Shown one piece after another: positions 16,399 to 24,951 of a stretch of DNA of 64,000 nt. The notes beneath the pieces are model-generated. The model had not been told where the DNA came from. It made no database searches and saw only the letters and a program-made list of their open reading frames with translations. Position 1 is the stretch's first letter. The number at the start of each line of letters is the position of its first letter. Both the position numbers and the translations under genes were made by a program. Origin of the DNA: Verrucomicrobiota bacterium (lineage in GTDB: Bacteria; Verrucomicrobiota; Verrucomicrobiia; Limisphaerales; BJHT01). The stretch is from contig BJHT01000001.1 of the NCBI GenBank assembly GCA_014193395.1, forward strand, positions 14,112 through 78,111. Direction: 5' to 3'.

Positions 16399-19300
16399 AT
16401 GCCCAACTCGCTTTTCCTCCGCCCCCGCCGCTGCCTTCGCGCCCGGCTCCTCGCGTCCGTGCTCGCCGCGGTCGCCGCGTATCCCAACGCACCGCTGCGT
16501 GCGGACGACGGCACCGAGTTCTTCGAGAAAAAGATCCGCCCCGTGCTCGTCGAGCGCTGCTACAAATGCCATAGCGCCACGAGCGAGAAACTGAAAGGTG
16601 GCCTGCATCTCGACTCGCGCGCGGGCCTGCTCAAAGGCGGCGACACCCGGCCCGCCATCGTCCCGGGAAGTCCCGAGAAGAGCCTGCTGCTCGAGGCACT
16701 CACCTACAAAAACCCCGACCTGCAAATGCCGCCCAAGGAACGGCTCTCCGAAGCGGTCGTCGCGGATTTTGCCGCCTGGATCAAACAAGGCGCGCCGTGG
16801 CCCGCCGAACCCGCCGGCAAATCACCGGTCGCCGCCACGTTCGATCTCTCGCTGCGCAAAGCCAATCACTGGGCCTGGCAGCCGCTCCGTGACACCGCGC
16901 CGCCCGCCACGAAAAACACCGCGTGGCCCAAGTCAGTTCCCGACCGTTTCATCCTCGCCGCGCTTGAGGCCAAGGGCGTCGCGCCCGCGCCGCCCGCCGC
17001 GCGCGCGACCCTGCTGCGCCGCGTTTATTTCGATCTCATCGGTCTCCCGCCCTCGCCGCAGGACGTGACCGCATTCAGCAGCGATCCATCGCCCGGCGCC
17101 TACGAGCGCGCGGTGGACCGCCTCCTCGCCTCCGAGCAATTCGGCGAGCGCTGGGCGCGGCACTGGCTCGATCTCGTGCGCTACGCCGAGACGCGCGGAC
17201 ACGAGTTCGAGCCGATCATTCCCAACGCCTGGCAATACCGCGACTACGTCATCCGCGCGCTGAACGCCGACGTGCCCTACGACAATTTTGTGCGCGAACA
17301 CCTCGCCGGCGACCTCCTCCCCAAGCCGCGCGTGAATCCCATGACCGGTGCGAACGAATCGGTCCTCGGCACCGGCTTCTGGTTTCTCGGCGAAGAAGTT
17401 CATTCGCCCGTGGACATCCGCGCCGACGAGTGCGACCGCATGGACAACCGCCTCGACGTGATGACCAAGACCTTCCTCGGCCTGACCGTCGCGTGCGCCC
17501 GCTGTCACGATCACAAGTTCGATGCCATCTCGCAGAAGGATTATTACGCGCTCACGGGCTTCCTCATCAGCGGCAGCTACCGGCAGGCGCGCTTCGAGAC
17601 GCTGGAGACGCACCGCCAGATTTCCGCCGAACTCGAATCGCTCCGCGCCGACACGGGGCGCGATCTCCTGCGCCGACTTGGCACCGCGGCTAAACCCGCG
17701 CTCACCGAAGTCGCCGCCTATCTCGCCGCCGCCGCGGAACTCACGCGCGCCGACGCGGGCGCACCCGCGCGCAAGGCCGATGAAATCGCCACCGAACGAC
17801 TGCTCGACCGCGCCCGCCTCGAACGCTGGGCCGCGGAACTGGCGAGAGCAAAAGCCGCGCCCGAACACCCGCTGCACGCGCTGACCAAAACCCCCGCGAC
17901 CGCGGCGAAATCGCGCGCCGACGGCAAATCGCTCCCCGCATTGTTAGAACAATGGAAGACCGCCCTCGCCGCGCCCGCCTCCGTCTCGGCGGCGGCCGAT
18001 GTGGTGATCGACTACACCGCCGGCACGACGGCGAGCTGGTTTCAAGACGGCTACTCTTTCGGCCCGCGTCCATTGCGCGTGGGCGAGCTGCGCTTCGGCG
18101 CGACACCGGAACAGCCGCTGGACGGCCTCGTCAGCGAGCCGGCGGCCTATCGCGATCCGGTCTGGAAAAATCTGCGCGCGCCGAAAAACGAGAAGGACCA
18201 CGGCAAGCTCGGCCAATGGGATCGCGCCGAACAAACCCTGCGCACGCCCGCCTTCACCATCGGCAGCGGGACCGTGTGGTATCTCGTGCGCGGAGCCGGG
18301 CGCGCCTACGCCGCCGTCAATTCGCACCTGATCGTCGCCGGCCCGCTCCACGGCGCGACCTTGATGGAATGGCGCGATGACAAGGACCGCTGGCACTGGG
18401 TTTCCCACAACCTCGGCGCTTACAAAGGCTCGCGCTGTCATGTCGAACTCAGCCCCGCCGGCGCGGGCGAATTCGCCGTCGCGATGGTCGTGCAGGGCGA
18501 GCGCCCGCCGCCGCAGTTCGACCGTCCGAACGCGCTGCTCGCCGGGGCGCTGACGACCGCGGCTGGCGCGGCCGACGCGGGCGTTCCGGCTTTCGCCAAG
18601 GCTTATCAGGAGCTGTTCACGCAGGCCGCCGCCGCTCTCGCTGAAGATCGTCTCGCCGCCGCGCCCAACGCCCGCGACCTCGCGCGGCTGGCCGATTTCA
18701 TGGTGCGCGAACGCGATTTGTTCCTCCCGGCCAAAGCGCCGGCGACCGCGGAATTCAACGCCGCGCTCCAGGCCTTCAGCACGCGTCAGGCCGCGTTGAC
18801 GGCGCGGATCAAGCCGGAGTCCCGCACCGCCCCGGCGATGTTCGAGGGCAGCGGCACGGATGAATTTCTCCTCGTCCGCGGCTCGTCCCGCGCGCCGCGC
18901 GAACCGGTGCCGCGCCGTTTTCTCGAAGCCCTCAGCGGCCCGTCCGCCAAGCCCTACGGCCCCGGCAGCGGACGGCTCGCGCTCGCCGACGAGATTCTCG
19001 ATCCCGCCAATCCCTTCGCGTCGCGCGTCATGGTGAACCGCGTCTGGCATCATCTCTTCGGACGCGGGCTGGTGCCGACGGTCGATAATTTCGGCGTGCT
19101 CGGCCAAGCGCCGTCGCATCGCGAACTGCTCGATCACCTCGCGCTCACCTTCATGCGCGAGCAGCGCTGGTCGGTGAAGAAACTCATCCGCGCGCTCGTG
19201 CTCTCCGAGACCTATCAGATGTCGAGCCAGCCCGCCGATGCCGCTGCGGAACTGGCCGATCCCGAGAACATTCTTCTCCATCGCGCCAACGTGCGCCGCC

Positions 19301-19854
19301 TCGAGGGCGAGGCCATCCGCGACGCGCTGCTCGCGGTCTCGGGCCGCCTCCAGCCGGCGACGGGTGGCCCCAGCGTGCCCGTGTATCTCACGTCGTTCAT
19401 GGAAGGCCGCGGGCGTCCCGGTTCCGGCCCGCTGGATGGCGACGGCCGCCGCAGCATCTACATCGCGGTGCGCCGCAATTTTCTTTCGCCGATGATGCTG
19501 GCCTTCGACACGCCGATTCCGTTCACGTCGATGGGCCGCCGCAATGTCTCGAACGTCCCCGCGCAGGCGCTGATCCTGATGAATGATCCCTTCGTGCTCC
19601 AGCAGGCGAAAATCTGGGCGCAACGCCTGCTCGCCGCGCCCGCCACCACGCCCGAACAACGCATCACGCAGATGTACCTCACCGCGTTCGGCCGCCCGCC
19701 CAGCGCAGCGGAAAAAGCCGACGCCCTCCGCTTCACCACCGACCAAACCGCCGCCTACGGCACCGAGCTCGCGGGCGCAAAACGTGAGGAACAAGTCTGG
19801 GCCGACCTCGGCCATGTGCTCTTCAACGTGAAGGAGTTCATCTACGTGAATTGA
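16399..19854 (+). CDS. PSCyt1 (planctomycete cytochrome c) / DUF1549 / DUF1553 protein
   Basis: A signal peptide is followed by the heme-binding CYKCHS within FFEKKIRPVLVERCYKCHS. The DUF1549 motif is LLRRVYFDLIGLPPSP..ERWARHWLDLVRYAE. CARCHDHKFD is present. The DUF1553 motif is NRVWHHLFGRGLV.T.DNFG. The C-terminus is FNVKEFIYVN. Confidence 0.9.
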   Translation: MPNSLFLRPRRCLRARLLASVLAAVAAYPNAPLRADDGTEFFEKKIRPVLVERCYKCHSATSEKLKGGLHLDSRAGLLKGGDTRPAIVPGSPEKSLLLEALTYKNPDLQMPPKERLSEAVVADFAAWIKQGAPWPAEPAGKSPVAATFDLSLRKANHWAWQPLRDTAPPATKNTAWPKSVPDRFILAALEAKGVAPAPPAARATLLRRVYFDLIGLPPSPQDVTAFSSDPSPGAYERAVDRLLASEQFGERWARHWLDLVRYAETRGHEFEPIIPNAWQYRDYVIRALNADVPYDNFVREHLAGDLLPKPRVNPMTGANESVLGTGFWFLGEEVHSPVDIRADECDRMDNRLDVMTKTFLGLTVACARCHDHKFDAISQKDYYALTGFLISGSYRQARFETLETHRQISAELESLRADTGRDLLRRLGTAAKPALTEVAAYLAAAAELTRADAGAPARKADEIATERLLDRARLERWAAELARAKAAPEHPLHALTKTPATAAKSRADGKSLPALLEQWKTALAAPASVSAAADVVIDYTAGTTASWFQDGYSFGPRPLRVGELRFGATPEQPLDGLVSEPAAYRDPVWKNLRAPKNEKDHGKLGQWDRAEQTLRTPAFTIGSGTVWYLVRGAGRAYAAVNSHLIVAGPLHGATLMEWRDDKDRWHWVSHNLGAYKGSRCHVELSPAGAGEFAVAMVVQGERPPPQFDRPNALLAGALTTAAGAADAGVPAFAKAYQELFTQAAAALAEDRLAAAPNARDLARLADFMVRERDLFLPAKAPATAEFNAALQAFSTRQAALTARIKPESRTAPAMFEGSGTDEFLLVRGSSRAPREPVPRRFLEALSGPSAKPYGPGSGRLALADEILDPANPFASRVMVNRVWHHLFGRGLVPTVDNFGVLGQAPSHRELLDHLALTFMREQRWSVKKLIRALVLSETYQMSSQPADAAAELADPENILLHRANVRRLEGEAIRDALLAVSGRLQPATGGPSVPVYLTSFMEGRGRPGSGPLDGDGRRSIYIAVRRNFLSPMMLAFDTPIPFTSMGRRNVSNVPAQALILMNDPFVLQQAKIWAQRLLAAPATTPEQRITQMYLTAFGRPPSAAEKADALRFTTDQTAAYGTELAGAKREEQVWADLGHVLFNVKEFIYVN

Positions 19855-19966
19855 CCCCACGGGGCGGCGACAGCTTGTCGCCGCCTTCTTGATCCACTCC
19901 GCTCGCACCGGACGTCACCCGCCAAGGCACATCTCAGTTTCTTGCCACGATGGGTGCGCGTTGCCG

Positions 19967-20170
19967 CAGTCCCGCAGGGACGACCGAAAATAGCCCAGCA
20001 CTTCAGTGCTGGGTTGGTGGCCGGAGAAGCGGAAAGTCCCGACAGGGACGAAAGAAATATCCGCACGCACGCCTCTGTCGTCCCTGCCGGGACTCGGTTC
20101 GCCATCGACGCGGACCCAGCACTGAAGTGCTGGGCTATTTTCTTTCGCCCGCTGGGCTGAGGTGGGGAAT
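19967..20170. repeat. ~200-bp MITE-like element (family 'AAAATAGCCCAGCACTTCAGTGCTGGG'), copy 1
   Basis: The terminal inverted repeats each form a hairpin. There is an internal inverted repeat GGAAAGTCCCGACAGGGACGA / TCGTCCCTGCCGGGACT. The element is roughly 85% identical, by eye, to 54971..55173 in the same orientation. Confidence 0.9.
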
Positions 20171-20264
20171 CCGATGGCGTGCTGGAAACTGAAAAACGTT
20201 GCGTCGAGCCATCCGCTCCGCTCCCACGCTTGTCTCCGCCCGCGCGCCCCGTAGCATCCGGCCC

Positions 20265-21971
20265 ATGAAGCTGGGGTTGATCCTGTGGCTGTGGCTGCCG
20301 CTGCTGGCGCTGGCGGACGGCAAGATTTTTCCGTCCACGGCCTTTCCCGAGCAGGTCCGCATCCCAGAGCAGGAGGCGCTGATTCACTGGTCCAACGGCG
20401 TCGAGCGCCTCGTCATCGAAACCCGCTTCGATGCCAAGGGCACCAACTTCGCGTGGGTCATCCCCCTGCCCGCGCGGCCCAAGATCGAGGCGGCCACGCC
20501 CGGGGTGTTCCCGACGCTGCGCAGTTATTTTGCGCCGGAGGTGAAGCACGAGATTTTCCGGTTGTACCTTTTGGTTCTCTGGTTCGGGTGCTTCATCGGT
20601 CTCCTGAGCAGCCTGAGTTCATCCGCCGATTTTCGGCTACGGGATCCGCTGCTCGCCACAGGGATTGCCCTCACGCAGGGAATCGGATTTTCCGGGAACC
20701 ATCTCACGGAGTTCGTGATTATATTTGCCGCAGTGTTTTTGAGCGTCTTGGCCGCACGCAGTGCCGGCGGAGAAAGTTCAAGCAGGCGCGTCCGTTTTTG
20801 CGCCCTCCTGTTGGCGGTGGAGACTCTTTTCTCGGGCATGCTTGTTCCCTCTCTCGGCACGGCGGGAAGCGCGACCGCAAGCGAAGGCACAGAGGCGGGC
20901 GTCTTCGTCGAGCGGAGGCGCGTGGGCAGCTACGAAACGGCCATCATCGAGGCCAAGGATGCGAACGCGCTGCGGGCCTGGTTTCAGACGAACGGCTACG
21001 CGATGCCGCCGTCCGCAGATTCCGTGGTCGCCGATTACGTGCGCGACGGCTGGGTCTTTGCGGCGGCGAAACTCCGCCGCGACGCGGGCAGCGGCGAGCT
21101 GAGTTCAGTCCATCCGCTCTCGTTCCAGTTCGCCACGACGCAGCCGGTCTTCCCGATGCGCCTGACCGGTGTCGAAAGCGGGCCGGTGCAGGTGGCTCTG
21201 TATCTGTTCGGTGAGGAGCGCGCGACGGCGGACGGCTTTCGCGTCGCGCACTGCGAGCAACCGGAGTTTTCCATTCCATCCACCGAGAAATACCGCGTCC
21301 CGCCGGCGCAACGGCTGAAGATGGACATCCAGCATTCGCTCATCCGCGAATGGGTGCTCGGGTCAAAGACCGCCACCAAGCTGGTCGCCACGCTCAGTCC
21401 CGATGCGATGAAGCGCGATGTGGCGATCCACTGGGTGCCGTTTGAAGCAAAGCGGACGATTCTTTTCAGCCCGCGCGCCGCGATCACCGTTGCCCTCAAT
21501 GTCGCCGCGGTGCTCGCCGCGGTCGGATTGCTGGTCGCGGCGCGGCGCTTTCGGTTTGATGCGTTGCCGACTCGAATGCGCCGCTGGTGCCTGCGACTGG
21601 CGGTCGTCTCGCTGCTCGTGTGCGTCGCCATCTACGTCGCACTGCCAGTGGTCCCGGCGCGCGTCGTCCGCGGGCCGGGCTACCGGGCGTTTGTGGCCGC
21701 ACGGAGCTTGCGCTCGTACGTCAGCAGCGAGTTGTCCGACGACGCGGTCCCCCAAATCGCACGCGCGCGTGCAGCGGCGGAAAAGTCGCTGCGCGAGGAC
21801 GCCGACAAGTTTCAAAATCCCCTGCAGGGCCGCATCATCCGCGAGGAGGATTCGCCGGGAAATTATCTGTTCCGCCAGACCACCAACGGCGTCGAGATGA
21901 TCTTCATCGACATCAATGGCGGCGAATTTCCACTCGACCCGATCCCGGACAGCGGCCCGCGCCGACGCTGA
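20265..21971 (+). CDS. DUF2330-like secreted/membrane protein with internal TM block
   Basis: Signal peptide MKLGLILWLWLPLLALA. The N-terminal part (ALIHWSNGVERLVIETRF..FAWVIPLPARP..FPTLRSYFAPE) and the later part (YETAIIEAKDANALRAWFQTNGYAMP..YVRDGWVFAAAKL) resemble DUF2330. Several TM helices lie between the two parts and more follow at the C-terminus. Confidence 0.6.
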   Translation: MKLGLILWLWLPLLALADGKIFPSTAFPEQVRIPEQEALIHWSNGVERLVIETRFDAKGTNFAWVIPLPARPKIEAATPGVFPTLRSYFAPEVKHEIFRLYLLVLWFGCFIGLLSSLSSSADFRLRDPLLATGIALTQGIGFSGNHLTEFVIIFAAVFLSVLAARSAGGESSSRRVRFCALLLAVETLFSGMLVPSLGTAGSATASEGTEAGVFVERRRVGSYETAIIEAKDANALRAWFQTNGYAMPPSADSVVADYVRDGWVFAAAKLRRDAGSGELSSVHPLSFQFATTQPVFPMRLTGVESGPVQVALYLFGEERATADGFRVAHCEQPEFSIPSTEKYRVPPAQRLKMDIQHSLIREWVLGSKTATKLVATLSPDAMKRDVAIHWVPFEAKRTILFSPRAAITVALNVAAVLAAVGLLVAARRFRFDALPTRMRRWCLRLAVVSLLVCVAIYVALPVVPARVVRGPGYRAFVAARSLRSYVSSELSDDAVPQIARARAAAEKSLREDADKFQNPLQGRIIREEDSPGNYLFRQTTNGVEMIFIDINGGEFPLDPIPDSGPRRR

Positions 21972-22295
21972 AATTCGGGTGCCGGAGGGCCGCTGAACGG
22001 CGAAAGCTCGGTTGCATCTTCGCGTGGCAATGGCGGTGCGCTCGCACTCAGTGCGGAGGGCGGGGAGGGTTGGCTCGCGTCCACATGCTCTGCAACCGGA
22101 AGGAGGTCAGCTACGTGAACTGAGCCGCCGCCGTCATCGCAGGTGACGCGGCGCGGAAATGTTGGCTCGGATATTTTGCGGTCCTACTACAAGTGCGCGC
22201 CGTGCGCCCTACCATTCGCTCGCCCCCTAAATTGATGATGACTGCAGCTGCGTTGGAGCACCGTCCGCTCGGGGGCAGCCGGCCACTGTTTCCAC

Positions 22296-22592
22296 TCAAT
22301 CGCCAAAGAGTTTCTTCATCTGCTCGCGGGCGGAGGATTCGCGGGGATTGGTGTTCTTGGGAGGTTGATACACGCGCCGGATGAAATCGAAGTACTCGCA
22401 GAAGTTTCCCTTGTCCTTCTCAAGGACCGGGTCGGCGCGCCGCTCGCGACACTGATCGGCGACGGCGCGGTCGTAGCTCACGCAGTTGAGACAGACACGG
22501 AGATCGGCGCGGCACGCGTCACAGCTTTCACCGCGTCCGGGGTTGCCGTTGATGGTCCATTCGGCACCGCATTTCCAGCAATGTCGGTTCAT
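22296..22592 (-). CDS. Small zinc-ribbon / Cys-rich protein
   Basis: 98 aa with the Cys pairs CWKC, CDAC, CLNC and C..C. Confidence 0.6.
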   Translation of the reverse strand: MNRHCWKCGAEWTINGNPGRGESCDACRADLRVCLNCVSYDRAVADQCRERRADPVLEKDKGNFCEYFDFIRRVYQPPKNTNPRESSAREQMKKLFGD

Positions 22593-23030
22593 GTCTCACT
22601 CTGTCGGGGTCATGCGCGTTCTGTAAATCGTGGATTTCCCATCCTACCAACGGCGACAGGGCAACCAAGGATTGGTACGGATGCACTGGAGCAACTCAGA
22701 GGATAAGTCACATTTGGTGCCGTCAAAAGTCAGTGAGCGGCGCGGACCAATTGCCATCCGGGAGGTTTACGGCAGTAACTGCGGGCTGCGGGTGGGGATG
22801 CCTATTCTCACTGGCGGTGTTGGATATGAGCGCTTGTGAACGGTGGGGGTTGGCAGGGAAATTTGGGGCAGGCGAATGGGACGGGATGAGTTGGAGGTGT
22901 GCCGCATGTGACACGGTGGAATTCTTGCGTCATCTGAGGCTTTTGCTGGCGTGACTTAGGCTCAGCGTGAACGGGCATCACCCCCTTTTTAATAAGTTCC
23001 ATGAGCCGCGAGTGATTGCGTCTGGAGTTC

Positions 23031-23090
23031 CGCTTTTACGCGGCCCGCTGGTTGCACACCGCCGGAACCGCGTAAACGCGGAACTCCAAA
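23031..23090. repeat. Palindromic hairpin GGAGTTCCGCTTTTACGCGG...CCGCGTAAACGCGGAACTCC just downstream of the pfkB-family gene
   Basis: The arms are perfect over about 20 nt and the hairpin lies 15 nt after the stop of 23105..24004. It may act as a terminator, but no U-tract follows. Confidence 0.75.
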
Positions 23091-23104
23091 CCAGGGTTTT
23101 TGAG

Positions 23105-24004
23105 TTAGAAGTGAGTAAGTTTCTTGATGTGACTGGCGCGGTCTTCGATGGCGGCGCGGGTGGCCTTGGTGGTGCGGTCGAGACCGAAGCCTTCGCAGCA
23201 GAAGGAGGCGACGACGCTGCCGTAAATGATGGCTTTGCGGAGGTTCTGGTCCACGGAGCCGCGGTGGCCGGCGAGGTAGCCGATAAGTCCGCCGACAAAG
23301 GAGTCGCCCGCGCCGGTAGGATCGACGACTTTTTCCAGTGGGAAGGCCGGGGCGATGAAATGACCGCCGGGAGCGGATAGGATCGCGCCGTGTTCGCCTT
23401 TCTTGACGATGACATAGGCGGGGCCGAGGCGATGGATTTTCTTGATGGCGAGGTGAAGGTTGTCTTCGCCGGTAAGGTGCCGGGCTTCGCTGTCGTTGAC
23501 GACGATGGCATCGACATGACGGAGTAACTTGAGGAGGTCCGGGAGTGCGACATTGATCCAGAGGTCCATGGTGTCGGCGATGACGAATTTAGGCTTGGCC
23601 ATCTGGTGCAGGACATGGAGCTGAAGTCCGGGGGAGATATTGGCCAGCAGGACATAGGGAATATGTCGGTAGTGTGCGGGCAGGTCGGGGGTGAAATTCT
23701 CTATCACACCGAGTTCGGTGAAGAGGGTGCGGCGGTTGTTCATGTTGACCTCGTATTCGCCGCCCCAGTGAAAGGTTTTGCCGGTGGCGCGATGGAGGCC
23801 GTCGAGGTTGATGCCGTGTTTGCGGTAGAGCTTGACGTATTTCTGGGGAAAGTCGTCGCCCACGACGCCGACCAGATGGACGGGGGCGAAGAAGCTGGCG
23901 GCGACGGCGGCGTGACTGGCCGAGCCGCCGAGCAGGCGGGGATTTTCGGCATAGGGAGTCTTGATGGAGTCAAGGGCGGTGGTTCCGACGACTAGGACGC
24001 TCAT
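23105..24004 (-). CDS. PfkB family carbohydrate/nucleoside kinase
   Basis: N-terminal VVGTTALD, and the C-terminal PfkB signature DPTGAGDSFVGGLIGYLA. Confidence 0.85.
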   Translation of the reverse strand: MSVLVVGTTALDSIKTPYAENPRLLGGSASHAAVAASFFAPVHLVGVVGDDFPQKYVKLYRKHGINLDGLHRATGKTFHWGGEYEVNMNNRRTLFTELGVIENFTPDLPAHYRHIPYVLLANISPGLQLHVLHQMAKPKFVIADTMDLWINVALPDLLKLLRHVDAIVVNDSEARHLTGEDNLHLAIKKIHRLGPAYVIVKKGEHGAILSAPGGHFIAPAFPLEKVVDPTGAGDSFVGGLIGYLAGHRGSVDQNLRKAIIYGSVVASFCCEGFGLDRTTKATRAAIEDRASHIKKLTHF

Positions 24005-24055
24005 GGGTAGGTGGGTAGGTTGGGACGGTTCGACTAAGTTAGGAAACGGAAATTA

Positions 24056-24170
24056 AACCACGGATGGACACGGATAGACACGGATAGGGAAGGCGTGAAT
24101 TTGCAAAGTCAGGGTTCATCCGGGGAACGGAGTGGAAAAACTGGGTGCTTATCGGTCTGGATCGGTGGTT
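24056..24170. repeat. Inverted-repeat element AACCACGGATGGACACGGATAG ... CTTATCGGTCTGGATCGGTGGTT
   Basis: An imperfect inverted repeat flanks an ~55-nt loop. The reiterated CACGGATAG units are typical of PVC dispersed repeats. Confidence 0.7.
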
Positions 24171-24261
24171 ATTCGGAGTCAGCCGGTTCCGGCCGTATTT
24201 ATAGGATAGGTTGCTAGCGGTTTAATGAGTTATTGGATTAACGGGCTAATTGGCTGACAGG

Positions 24262-24912
24262 CTAAAGCGGGACGGAGGCTAGGCGGGCTTGGAATTGCTG
24301 ACAAGCCTTGGCGAGGTTCGGGGCGTTGAGGATGGCGGAGACGACGCAGATTCTACGCGCGCCGGCGTCGAGGACGGCGTCGAGATTGTCCAGCGTAATG
24401 CCGCCGATGGCGAACCACGGGAGGCGGAGATGCGCGGCTGCCCAGCGGACGTACTCGAGGGTGACGGCGGGGCGTCCGGGCTTGGTGGGCGTGGGATAGA
24501 TCGGGCCGATGGCGAGGTAGTCGGGGCTGGCTCGGAGGGCGCGCAGGGCTTGCTCGGGGGCGTGGGTGCTGAGGCCGAGGAGCATTTGCTTGGGACAGCC
24601 GGTGACTTGGGCGGCGACGGTGTAGCCGGCTTCAAAAAAATCCTCCTGGCCCAGGTGGCAGATGGGTGCGCCGACGCGAAGGGCAATCTTGGGATGATCG
24701 TTGATGACGAGGGCGATGCCGGCGCGTTCGGTGATGGGTAGCAGGGTTTCGGCGAGGCGCTGGATTTCGTCGGGGGAGGCGTTTTTCGCCCGCAACTGGA
24801 TCAAGTCCGAGCCGCCGTCGCAGAGTTGCTGCGCCATCTCGGCGGGGGAGCGGCCGTTGAGATAGGCCGCATCGACAAAGGTGTAGAGGCGGCAGGCGGC
24901 GAGGGGCTTCAT
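24262..24912 (-). CDS. thiE: Thiamine-phosphate synthase
   Basis: 216 aa with the TMP-TENI pattern: LYTFVD, DLIQLRAK, VINDHPKIALRVGA, HLGQED, IGPIYPTPTK and FAIGGI. Confidence 0.85.
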   Translation of the reverse strand: MKPLAACRLYTFVDAAYLNGRSPAEMAQQLCDGGSDLIQLRAKNASPDEIQRLAETLLPITERAGIALVINDHPKIALRVGAPICHLGQEDFFEAGYTVAAQVTGCPKQMLLGLSTHAPEQALRALRASPDYLAIGPIYPTPTKPGRPAVTLEYVRWAAAHLRLPWFAIGGITLDNLDAVLDAGARRICVVSAILNAPNLAKACQQFQARLASVPL

Positions 24913-24951
24913 CAGCGGGGGAGGACTGACCGGACCGCGCCGTCCGGTGGC

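Noticed and set aside
22630-22954. Small ORFs in the 22.6-23.0 kb spacer (69, 63, 73 and 64 aa).
   Set aside because: They overlap each other on both strands and have no start context, motifs or compositional coding signal. The region is reported instead as unexplained non-coding DNA.
24027-24035. GGTTCGACT, a tRNA T-loop-like string.
   Set aside because: No acceptor stem, D-arm or anticodon arm can be drawn around it. It sits in repeat-rich spacer DNA.
24913-24951. A TPP riboswitch upstream of thiE.
   Set aside because: Only 39 nt separate the accC stop from the thiE start, which is too short. No CUGAGA / ACCUGA TPP core is present.
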